Part shown: one piece after another, positions 1 to 11,983 of the stretch
Layout of the letters: every line of letters begins with the position of its first letter
How positions within the stretch are numbered: the first letter of the stretch is position 1
From: Eledone cirrhosa
Lineage: Eukaryota
DNA: 64,000 bases
Assembly: GCA_964016885.1 (NCBI GenBank)
Contig: OZ024756.1
Coordinates: forward strand, 1,550,001-1,614,000
Direction: 5' to 3'
The notes under the pieces: generated by a model
The model's input: only the letters and a program-made list of their open reading frames with translations
What the model was told of the DNA's origin: nothing
Database searches by the model: none
Translations under genes and position numbers: made by a program

Positions 1-335
1 AAGTGTGCAGTGTCAGTGATCTGGTCCTCTGTCTTGCTGTCTTCAGTACATCTGTGAAGTGTGCAGTGTCAGTGATCTGGTCCTCCGTCTTGCTGTCTTC
101 AGTTCATCTATGAAGTGTGCAGTGTCAGTGATCTGGTCCTCTGTCTTGCTGTCTTCAGTACATCTGTGAAGTGTGCAGTGTCAGTGATCTGGTCCTCTGT
201 CTTGCTGTCTTCAGTACATCTATGAAGTGTGCAGTGCAGTGATCTGGTCCTCTGTCTTGCTGTCTTCAGTTCATCTATGAAGTGTGCAGTGTCAGTGATC
301 TGGTCCTCTGTCTTGCTGTCTTCAGTTCATCTATG

Positions 336-3300
336 AAGTGTGCAGGGTCAGTGATCTGGTCCTCTGTCTTGCTGTCTTCAGTTCAACTATGAAGTGTGCA
401 GTGTCAATGATCTGGTCCTCTGTCTTGCTGTCTTCAGTACATCTATTAAGTGTGCAGTGTCAGTGATCTGGTCCTCTGTCTTGCTGTCTTCAGTTCATCT
501 ATGAAGTGTGCAGTGTCACTGATCTGGTCCTCTGTCTTGCTGTCTTCGGTTCATCTATGAAGTGTGCAGTGTCAGTGATCTGGTCCTCTATCTTGCCGTC
601 TTCAGTTCATCTATGAATTGTGTAGTGTCAGTGATCTGGTCCTCTGTCTTGCTGTCTTCAGTTCATCTATGAAGTGTGCAGTGTCAGTGATCAGGTCCTC
701 TGTCTTGCTGTCTTCAGTACATCTATGAAGTGTGCAGTGTCAGTGATCTAGTCCTCTGTCTTGCTCTCTTCAGTTCATCTATGAAGTGTGCAGTGTCAGT
801 GATCTTGTCCGCTGTCTTGCCGTCTTCAGTACATCTATGAAGTGTGCAGTGTCAGTGATCTCGTCCTCTGTCTTGCTGTCTTCAGTACATCAATGAAGTG
901 TGCAGTGTCAGTGATCTCGTCCTCTGTCTTGCTGTCTTCAGTACATCTATGAAGTGTGCAGTGTCAGTGATCTCGTCCTCTGTCTTGCTGTCTTCAGTAC
1001 ATCTATGAGGTGTGCAGTGTCAGTGATCTGGTCCTCTGTCTTGCTGTCTTCAGTACATCTATGAAGTGTGCAGTGTCAGTGATCTGGTCCTCCGTCTTGC
1101 TGTCTTCAGTTCATCTATGAAGTATGCAGTGTCAGTGATCTGGTCCTCCGTCTTGCTGTCTTCAGTACATCTATGAAGTGTGCAGTGTCAGTGATCTGGT
1201 CCTCTGTCTTGCTGTCTTCAGTACATCTATGAAGTGTGCAGTGTCAGTGATCTGGTCCTCCGTCTTGCTGTCTTCATTTCATCTATGAAGTGTGCAGTGT
1301 CAGTGATCTGATCCTCCGTCTTGCTGTCTTCAGTTCATCTATGAAGTGTGCAGTGGCAGTGATCTGGTCCTCTGTCTTGCTGTCTTCAGTACATCTATGA
1401 AGTGTGCAGTGTCAGTGATCTAGTCCTCCGTCTTGCTGTCTTCAGTTCATCTATGAAGTGTGCAGTGTCAGTGATCTGGTCCTCTGTCTTGCTGTCTTCA
1501 GTACATCTGTGAAGTGTGCAGTGTCAGTGATCTGGTCCTCTGTCTTGCTGTCTTCAGTACATCTATGAAGTGTGCAGTGTCAATGATCTGGTCCTCTGTC
1601 TTGCTGACTTCAGTACATCTATGAAGTGTGCAGTGTCAGTGATCTGGTCCTCCGTCTTGCTGTCTTCAGTTCATCTATGAAGTGTGCAGTGTCAGTGATC
1701 TGGTCCTCCGTCTTGCTGTCTTCAGTACATCTATGAAGTGTGCAGTGCCAGTGATCTGGTCCTCTGTCTTGCTGTCTTCAGTACATCTATGAAGTGTGCA
1801 GTGTCAGTGATCTGGTCCTCCGTCTTGCTGTCTTCATTTCATCTATGAAGTGTGCAGTGTCAGTGATCTGGTCCTCCGTCTTGCTGTCTTCAGTTCATCT
1901 ATGAAGTGTGCAGTGGCAGTGATCTGGTCCTCTGTCTTGCTGTCTTCAGTACATCTATGAAGTGTGCAGTGTCAGTGATCTGGTCCTCCGTTTTGCTGTC
2001 TTCAGTTCATCTATGAAGTGTGCAGTGTCAGTGATCTGGTCCTCTGTCTTGCTGTCTTCAGTACATCTGTGAAGTGTGCAGTGTCAGTGATCTCGTCCTC
2101 TGTCTTGCTGTCTTCAGTACATCAATGAAGTGTGCAGTGTCAGTGATCTGGTCCTCCGTCTTGCTGTCTTCAGTACATCTATGAAGTGTGCAGTGTCAGT
2201 GATCTGGTCCTCTGTCTTGCTGTCTTCAGTACATCTATGAAGTGTGCAGTGTCAGTGATCTGGTCCTCCGTCTTGCTGTCTTCAGTTCATCTATGAAGTG
2301 TGCAGTGTCAGTGATCTGGTCCTCCGTCTTGCTGTCTACAGTACATCTATGAAGTGTGCAGTGTCAGTGATCTGGTCCTCTGTCTTGCTGTCTTCAGTAC
2401 ATCTATGAAGTGTGCAGTGTCAGTGATCTGGTCCTCCGTCTTGCTGTCTTCATTTCATCTATGAAGTGTGCAGTGTCAGTGATCTGGTCCTCCGTCTTGC
2501 TGTCTTCAGTTCATCTATGAAGTGTGCAGTGGCAGTGATCTGGTCCTCTGTCTTGCTGTCTTCAGTACATCTATGAAGTGTGCAGTGTCAGTGATCTAGT
2601 CCTCCGTCTTGCTGTCTTCAGTTCATCTATGAAGTGTGCAGTGTCAGTGATCTGGTCCTCTGTCTTGCTGTCTTCAGTACATCTGTGAAGTGTGCAGTGT
2701 CACTGATCTGGTCCTCTGTCTTGCTGTCTTCAGTACATCTATGAAGTGTGCAGTGTCAATGATCTGGTCCTCTGTCTTGCTGACTTCAGTACATCTATGA
2801 AGTGTGCAGTGTCAGTGATCTGGTCCTCTGTCTTGCTGTCTTCAGTTCAACTATGAAGTGTGCAGTGTCAATGATCTGGTCCTCTGTCTTGCTGTCTTCA
2901 GTACATCTATTAAGTGTGCAGTGTCAGTGATCTGGTCCTCTGTCTTGCTGTCTTCAGTTCATCTATGAAGTGTGCAGTGTCACTGATCTGGTCCTCTGTC
3001 TTGCTGTCTTCGGTTCATCTATGAAGTGTGCAGTGTCAGTGATCTGGTCCTCTATCTTGCCGTCTTCAGTTCATCTATGAATTGTGTAGTGTCAGTGATC
3101 TGGTCCTCTGTCTTGCTGTCTTCAGTTCATCTATGAAGTGTGCAGTGTCAGTGATCAGGTCCTCTGTCTTGCTGTCTTCAGTACATCTATGAAGTGTGCA
3201 GTGTCAGTGATCTAGTCCTCTGTCTTGCTCTCTTCAGTTCATCTATGAAGTGTGCAGTGTCAGTGATCTTGTCCGCTGTCTTGCCGTCTTCAGTACATCT

Positions 3301-5263
3301 ATGAAGTGTGCAGTGTCAGTGATCTCGTCCTCTGTCTTGCTGTCTTCAGTACATCAATGAAGTGTGCAGTGTCAGTGATCTCGTCCTCTGTCTTGCTGTC
3401 TTCAGTACATCTATGAAGTGTGCAGTGTCAGTGATCTCGTCCTCTGTCTTGCTGTCTTCAGTACATCTATGAGGTGTGCAGTGTCAGTGATCTGGTCCTC
3501 TGTCTTGCTGTCTTCAGTACATCTATGAAGTGTGCAGTGTCAGTGATCTGGTCCTCCGTCTTGCTGTCTTCAGTTCATCTATGAAGTATGCAGTGTCAGT
3601 GATCTGGTCCTCCGTCTTGCTGTCTTCAGTACATCTATGAAGTGTGCAGTGTCAGTGATCTGGTCCTCTGTCTTGCTGTCTTCAGTACATCTATGAAGTG
3701 TGCAGTGTCAGTGATCTGGTCCTCCGTCTTGCTGTCTTCATTTCATCTATGAAGTGTGCAGTGTCAGTGATCTGGTCCTCCGTCTTGCTGTCTTCAGTTC
3801 ATCTATGAAGTGTGCAGTGGCAGTGATCTGGTCCTCTGTCTTGCTGTCTTCAGTACATCTATGAAGTGTGCAGTGTCAGTGATCTAGTCCTCCGTCTTGC
3901 TGTCTTCAGTTCATCTATGAAGTGTGCAGTGTCAGTGATCTGGTCCTCTGTCTTGCTGTCTTCAGTACATCTGTGAAGTGTGCAGTGTCAGTGATCTGGT
4001 CCTCTGTCTTGCTGTCTTCAGTACATCTATGAAGTGTGCAGTGTCAATGATCTGGTCCTCTGTCTTGCTGACTTCAGTACATCTATGAAGTGTGCAGTGT
4101 CAGTGATCTGGTCCTCCGTCTTGCTGTCTTCAGTTCATCTATGAAGTGTGCAGTGTCAGTGATCTGGTCCTCCGTCTTGCTGTCTTCAGTACATCTATGA
4201 AGTGTGCAGTGCCAGTGATCTGGTCCTCTGTCTTGCTGTCTTCAGTACATCTATGAAGTGTGCAGTGTCAGTGATCTGGTCCTCCGTCTTGCTGTCTTCA
4301 TTTCATCTATGAAGTGTGCAGTGTCAGTGATCTGGTCCTCCGTCTTGCTGTCTTCAGTTCATCTATGAAGTGTGCAGTGGCAGTGATCTGGTCCTCTGTC
4401 TTGCTGTCTTCAGTACATCTATGAAGTGTGCAGTGTCAGTGATCTGGTCCTCCGTTTTGCTGTCTTCAGTTCATCTATGAAGTGTGCAGTGTCAGTGATC
4501 TGGTCCTCTGTCTTGCTGTCTTCAGTACATCTGTGAAGTGTGCAGTGTCAGTGATCTCGTCCTCTGTCTTGCTGTCTTCAGTACATCAATGAAGTGTGCA
4601 GTGTCAGTGATCTGGTCCTCCGTCTTGCTGTCTTCAGTACATCTATGAAGTGTGCAGTGTCAGTGATCTGGTCCTCTGTCTTGCTGTCTTCAGTACATCT
4701 ATGAAGTGTGCAGTGTCAGTGATCTGGTCCTCCGTCTTGCTGTCTTCAGTTCATCTATGAAGTGTGCAGTGTCAGTGATCTGGTCCTCCGTCTTGCTGTC
4801 TACAGTACATCTATGAAGTGTGCAGTGTCAGTGATCTGGTCCTCTGTCTTGCTGTCTTCAGTACATCTATGAAGTGTGCAGTGTCAGTGATCTGGTCCTC
4901 CGTCTTGCTGTCTTCATTTCATCTATGAAGTGTGCAGTGTCAGTGATCTGGTCCTCCGTCTTGCTGTCTTCAGTTCATCTATGAAGTGTGCAGTGGCAGT
5001 GATCTGGTCCTCTGTCTTGCTGTCTTCAGTACATCTATGAAGTGTGCAGTGTCAGTGATCTAGTCCTCCGTCTTGCTGTCTTCAGTTCATCTATGAAGTG
5101 TGCAGTGTCAGTGATCTGGTCCTCTGTCTTGCTGTCTTCAGTACATCTGTGAAGTGTGCAGTGTCAGTGATCTGGTCCTCTGTCTTGCTGTCTTCAGTAC
5201 ATCTATGAAGTGTGCAGTGTCAATGATCTGGTCCTCTGTCTTGCTGACTTCAGTACATCTATG
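336..5263. repeat. Higher-order tandem duplication, 2 x 44 monomers (2,464 bp): 336-2799 and 2800-5263
   Basis: Rare variants pair at offset 2464: ttcaAct 386/2850, gctCtct 766/3230, agtAtgc 1124/3588, gtgCcag 1748/4212, gtctAca 2338/4802. Confidence 0.93.
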
Positions 5264-8200
5264 AAGTGTGCAGTGTCAGTGATCTGGTCCTCCGTCTTGC
5301 TGTCTTCAGTTCATCTATGAAGTGTGCAGTGTCAGTGATCTGGTCCTCCGTCTTGCTGTCTTCAGTACATCTATGAAGTGTGCAGTGTCAGTGATCTGGT
5401 CCTCTGTCTTGCTGTCTTCAGTACATCTATGAAGTGTGCAGTGTCAGTGATCTGGTCCTCCGTCTTGCTGTCTTCATTTCATCTATGAAGTGTGCAGTGT
5501 CAGTGATCTGGTCCTCCGTCTTGCTGTCTTCAGTTCATCTATGAAGTGTGCAGTGGCAGTGATCTGGTCCTCTGTCTTGCTGTCTTCAGTACATCTATGA
5601 AGTGTGCAGTGTCAGTGATCTGGTCCTCCGTCTTGCTGTCTTCAGTTCATCTATGAAGTGTGCAGTGTCAGTGATCTGGTCCTCTGTCTTGCTGTCTTCA
5701 GTACATCTGTGAAGTGTGCAGTGTCAGTGATCTCGTCCTCTGTCTTGCTGTCTTCAGTACATCAATGAAGTGTGCAGTGTCAGTGATCTCGTCCTCTGTC
5801 TTGCTGTCTTCAGTACATCTATGAAGTGTGCACTGTCAGTGATCTCGTCCTCTGTCTTGCTGTCTTCAGTACATCTATGAGGTGTGCAGTGTCAGTGATC
5901 TGGTCCTCTGTCTTGCTGTCTTCAGTACATCTATGAAGTGTGCAGTGTCAGTGATCTGGTCCTCCGTCTTGCTGTCTTCAGTTCATCTATGAAGTGTGCA
6001 GTGTCAGTGATCTGGTCCTCCGTCTTGCTGTCTTCAGTACATCTATGAAGTGTGCAGTGTCAGTGATCTGGTCCTCTGTCTTGCTGTCTTCAGTACATCT
6101 ATGAAGTGTGCAGTGTCAGTGATCTGGTCCTCTGTCTTGCTGTCTTCAGTACATCTATGAAGTGTGCAGTGTCAATGATCTGGTCCTCTGTCTTGCTGAC
6201 TTCAGTACATCTATGAAGTGTGCAGTGTCAGTGATCTGGTCCTCCGTCTTGCTGTCTTCAGTTCATCTATGAAGTGTGCAGTGTCAGTGATCTGGTCCTC
6301 CGTCTTGCTGTCTTCAGTACATCTATGAAGTGTGCAGTGTCAGTGATCTGGTCCTCTGTCTTGCTGTCTTCAGTACATCTATGAAGTGTGCAGTGTCAGT
6401 GATCTGGTCCTCCGTCTTGCTGTCTTCATTTCATCTATGAAGTGTGCAGTGTCAGTGATCTGGTCCTCCGTCTTGCTGTCTTCAGTTCATCTATGAAGTG
6501 TGCAGTGTCAGTGATCTGGTCCTCCGTCTTGCTGTCTTCAGTTCATCTATGAAGTGTGCAGTGGCAGTGATCTGGTCCTCTGTCTTGCTGTCTTCAGTAC
6601 ATCTGTGAAGTGTGCAGTGTCAGTGATCTCGTCCTCTGTCTTGCTGTCTTCAGTACATCAATGAAGTGTGCAGTGTCAGTGATCTGGTCCTCCGTCTTGC
6701 TGTCTTCAGTACATCTATGAAGTGTGCAGTGTCAGTGATCTGGTCCTCTGTCTTGCTGTCTTCAGTACATCTATGAAGTGTGCAGTGTCAGTGATCTGGT
6801 CCTCCGTCTTGCTGTCTTCAGTTCATCTATGAAGTGTGCAGTGTCAGTGATCTGGTCCTCCGTCTTGCTGTCTTCAGTACATCTATGAAGTGTGCAGTGT
6901 CAGTGATCTGGTCCTCTGTCTTGCTGTCTTCAGTACATCTATGAAGTGTGCAGTGTCAGTGATCTGGTCCTCCGTCTTGCTGTCTTCATTTCATCTATGA
7001 AGTGTGCAGTGTCAGTGATCTGGTCCTCCGTCTTGCTGTCTTCAGTTCATCTATGAAGTGTGCAGTGGCAGTGATCTGGTCCTCTGTCTTGCTGTCTTCA
7101 GTACATCTATGAAGTGTGCAGTGTCAATGATCTGGTCCTCTGTCTTGCTGACTTCAGTACATCTATGAAGTGTGCAGTGTCAGTGATCTGGTCCTCCGTC
7201 TTGCTGTCTTCAGTTCATCTATGAAGTGTGCAGTGTCAGTGATCTGGTCCTCCGTCTTGCTGTCTTCAGTACATCTATGAAGTGTGCAGTGTCAGTGATC
7301 TGGTCCTCCGTCTTGCTGTCTTCATTTCATCTATGAAGTGTGCAGTGTCAGTGATCTGGTCCTCCGTCTTGCTGTCTTCAGTTCATCTATGAAGTGTGCA
7401 GTGGCAGTGATCTGGTCCTCTGTCTTGCTGTCTTCAGTACATCTATGAAGTGTGCAGTGTCAGTGATCTAGTCCTCCGTCTTGCTGTCTTCAGTTCATCT
7501 ATGAAGTGTGCAGTGTCAGTGATCTGGTCCTCTGTCTTGCTGTCTTCAGTACATCTGTGAAGTGTGCAGTGTCAGTGATCTGGTCCTCTGTCTTGCTGTC
7601 TTCAGTACATCTATGAAGTGTGCAGTGTCAATGATCTGGTCCTCTGTCTTGCTGACTTCAGTACATCTATGAAGTGTGCAGTGTCAGTGATCTGGTCCTC
7701 CGTCTTGCTGTCTTCAGTTCATCTATGAAGTGTGCAGTGTCAGTGATCTGGTCCTCCGTCTTGCTGTCTTCAGTACATCTATGAAGTGTGCAGTGTCAGT
7801 GATCTGGTCCTCTGTCTTGCTGTCTTCAGTACATCTATGAAGTGTGCAGTGTCAGTGATCTGGTCCTCCGTCTTGCTGTCTTCATTTCATCTATGAAGTG
7901 TGCAGTGTCAGTGATCTGGTCCTCCGTCTTGCTGTCTTCAGTTCATCTATGAAGTGTGCAGTGGCAGTGATCTGGTCCTCTGTCTTGCTGTCGTCAGTAC
8001 ATCTATGAAGTGTGCAGTGTCAGTGATCTGGTCCTCCGTCTTGCTGTCTTCAGTTCATCTATGAAGTGTGCAGTGTCAGTGATCTGGTCCTCTGTCTTGC
8101 TGTCTTCAGTATATCTGTGAAGTGTGCAGTGTCAGTGATCTCGTCCTCTGTCTTGCTGTCTTCAGTACATCAATGAAGTGTGCAGTGTCAGTGATCTCGT

Positions 8201-11200
8201 CCTCTGTCTTGCTGTCTTCAGTACATCTATGAAGTGTGCAGTGTCAGTGATCTCGTCCTCTGTCTTGCTGTCTTCAGTACATCTATGAGGTGTGCAGTGT
8301 CAGTGATCTGGTCCTCTGTCTTGCTGTCTTCAGTTCATCTATGAAGTGTGCAGTGTCAGTGATCTGGTCCTCCGTCTTGCTGTCTTCAGTACATCTATGA
8401 AGTGTGCAGTGTCAGTGATCTGGTCCTCTGTCTTGCTGTCTTCAGTACATCTATGAAGTGTGCAGTGTCAGTGATCTGGTCCTCTGTCTTGCTGTCTTCA
8501 GTACATCTATGAAGTGTGCAGTGTCAATGATCTGGTCCTCTGTCTTGCTGACTTCAGTACATCTATGAAGTGTGCAGTGTCAGTGATCTGGTCCTCCGTC
8601 TTGCTGTCTTCAGTTCATCTATGAAGTGTGCAGTGTCAGTGATCTGGTCCTCCGTCTTGCTGTCTTCAGTACATCTATGAAGTGTGCAGTGTCAGTGATC
8701 TGGTCCTCTGTCTTGCTGTCTTCAGTACATCTATGAAGTGTGCAGTGTCAGTGATCTGGTCCTCCGTCTTGCTGTCTTCATTTCATCTATGAAGTGTGCA
8801 GTGTCAGTGATCTGGTCCTCCGTCTTGCTGTCTTCAGTTCATGTATGAAGTGTGCAGTGTCAGTGATCTGGTCCTCCGTCTTGCTGTCTTCAGTTCATCT
8901 ATGAAGTGTGCAGTGGCAGTGATCTGGTCCTCCGTCTTGCTGTCTTCAGTTCATCTATGAAGTGTGCAGTGTCAGTGATCTGGTCCTCTGTCTTGCTGTC
9001 TTCAGTACATCTGTGAAGTGTGCAGTGTAAGTGATCTGGTCCTCCGTCTTGCTGTCTTCAGTTCATCTATGAAGTGTGCAGTGTCAGTGATCTGGTCCTC
9101 TGTCTTGCTGTCTTCAGTACATCTGTGAAGTGTGCAGTGTCAGTGATCTGGTCCTCTGTCTTGCTGTCTTCAGTACATCTATGAAGTGTGCAGTGTCAGT
9201 GATCTGGTCCTCTGTCTTGCTGTCTTCAGTTCATCTATGAAGTGTGCAGTGTCAGTGATCTGGTCCTCTGTCTTGCTGTCTTCAGTTCATCTATGAATTG
9301 TGCAGTGTCAGTGATCTGGTCCTCTGTCTTGCTGTCTTCAGTTCAACTATGAAGTGTGCAGTGTCAATGATCTGGTCCTCTGTCTTGCTGTCTTCAGTAC
9401 ATCTATTAAGTGTGCAGTGTCAGTGATCTGGTCCTCTGTCTTGCTGTCTTCAGTTCATCTATGAAGTGTGCAGTGTCAGTGATCTGGTCCTCTGTCTTGC
9501 TGTCTTCGGTTCATCTATGAAGTGTGCAGTGTCAGTGATCTGGTCCTCTATCTTGCTGTCTTCAGTACATCTATGAAGTGTGCAGTGTCAGTGATCTGGT
9601 CCTCTATCTTGCCGTCTTCAGTTCATCTATGAATTGTGTAGTGTCAGTGATCTGGTCCTCTGTCTTGCTGTCTTCAGTTCATCTATGAAGTGTGCAGTGT
9701 CAGTGATCAGGTCCTCTGTCTTGCTGTCTTCAGTACATCTATGAAGTGTGCAGTGTCAGTGATCTAGTCCTCTGTCTTGCTGTCTTCAGTTCATCTATGA
9801 AGTGTGCAGTGTCAGTGATCTTGTCCGCTGTCTTGCCGTCTTCAGTACATCTATGAAGGGTGCAGTGTCAGTGATCTCGTCCTCTGTCTTGCTGTCTTCA
9901 GTACATCAATGAAGTGTGCAGTGTCAGTGATCTCGTCCTCTGTCTTGCTGTCTTCAGTACATCTATGAAGTGTGCAGTGTCAGTGATCTCGTCCTCTGTC
10001 TTGCTGTCTTCAGTACATCTATGAGGTGTGCAGTGTCAGTGATCTGGTCTTCTGTCTTGCTGTCTTCAGTACATCTATGAAGTGTGCAGTGTCAGTGATC
10101 TGGTCCTCCGTCTTGCTGTCTTCAGTTCATCTATGAAGTGTGCAGTGTCAGTGATCTGGTCCTCCGTCTTGCTGTCTTCAGTACATCTATGAAGTGTGCA
10201 GTGTCAGTGATCTGGTCCTCTGTCTTGCTGTCTTCAGTACATCTATGAAGTGTGCAGTGTCAGTGATCTGGTCCTCCGTCTTGCTGTCTTCATTTCATCT
10301 ATGAAGTGTGCAGTGTCAGTGATCTGGTCCTCCGTCTTGCTGTCTTCAGTTCATCTATGAAGTGTGCAGTGGCAGTGATCTGGTCCTCTGTCTTGCTGTC
10401 TTCAGTACATCTATGAAGTGTGCAGTGTCAGTGATCTAGTCCTCCGTCTTGCTGTCTTCAGTTCATCTATGAAGTGTGCAGTGTCAGTGATCTGGTCCTC
10501 TGTCTTGCTGTCTTCAGTACATCTGTGAAGTGTGCAGTGTCAGTGATCTGGTCCTCTGTCTTGCTGTCTTCAGTACATCTATGAAGTGTGCAGTGTCAGT
10601 GATCTGGTCCTCTGTCTTGCTGTCTTCAGTTCATCTATGAAGTGTGCAGTGTCAGTGATCTGGTCCTCTGTCTTGCTGTCTTCAGTTCATCTATGAAGTG
10701 TGCAGTGTCAGTGATCTGGTCCTCTGTCTTGCTGTCTTCAGTTCAACTATGAAGTGTGCAGTGTCAATGATCTGGTCCTCTGTCTTGCTGTCTTCAGTAC
10801 ATCTATTAAGTGTGCAGTGTCAGTGATCTGGTCCTCTGTCTTGCTGTCTTCAGTACATCTATGAAGTGTGCAGTGTCAGTGATCTGGTCCTCTGTCTTGC
10901 TGTCTTCAGTTCATCTATGAAGTGTGCAGTGTCAGTGATCTGGTCCTCTATCTTGCTGTCTTCAGTACATCTATGAAGTGTGCAGTGTCAGTGATCTGGT
11001 CCTCTATCTTGCCGTCTTCAGTTCATCTATGAATTGTGTAGTGTCAGTGATCTGGTCCTCTGTCTTGCTGTCTTCAGTACATCTATGAAGTGTGCAGTGT
11101 CAGTGATCAGGTCCTCTGTCTTGCTGTCTTCAGTTCATCTATGAAGTGTGCAGTGTCAGTGATCAGGTCCTCTGTCTTGCTGTCTTCAGTACATCTATGA

Positions 11201-11983
11201 AGTGTGCAGTGTCAGTGATCTAGTCCTCTGTCTTGCTGTCTTCAGTTCATCTATGAAGTGTGCAGTGTCAGTGATCTTGTCCGCTGTCTTGCCGTCTTCA
11301 GTACATCTATGAAGTGTGCAGTGTCAGTGATCTCGTCCTCTGTCTTGCTGTCTTCAGTACATCAATGAAGTGTGCAGTGTCAGTGATCTCGTCCTCTGTC
11401 TTGCTGTCTTCAGTACATCTATGAAGTGTGCAGTGTCAGTGATCTCGTGAACGGTCTTGCTGTCTTCAGTACATCTATGAGGTGTACAGTGTCAGTGATC
11501 TGGTCCTCTGTCTTGCTGTCTTCAGTACATCTATGAAGTGGGCAGTGTCAGTGATCTGGTTCTCTATCTTGCTGTCTTCAGTACATCTATGAAGTGTGCA
11601 GTGTCAGTGATCTGGTCCTCTGTCTTGCTGTCTTCAGTACATCTATGAAGTGTGCAGTGTCAGTGATCTGGTCCTCTGTCTTGTTGTCTTCAGTTCATCT
11701 ATGAAGTGTGCAGTGTCAGTGATCTGGTCCTCTGTCTTGCTGTCTTCAGTTCATCTATGAAGTGTGTAGTGTCAGTGATCTGGTCCTCTGTCTTGCTGTC
11801 TTCAGTACATCTATGAAGTGTACAGTGTCAGTGATCTGGTCCTCTGTCTTGCTGTCTTCAGTACATCTATGATGTGTGCAGTGTCAGTGATCTGGTCCTC
11901 TGTCTTGCTGTCTTCAGTACATCTGTGAAGTGTGCAGTGTCAGTGATCTGGTCCTCTGTCTTGCTGTCTTCAGTACATCTATG

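Noticed and set aside
7-18. V(D)J recombination signal or recombinase-site array suggested by repeated cagtg
   Set aside because: There is no CACAGTG heptamer, no A-rich nonamer and no cassette content between sites.
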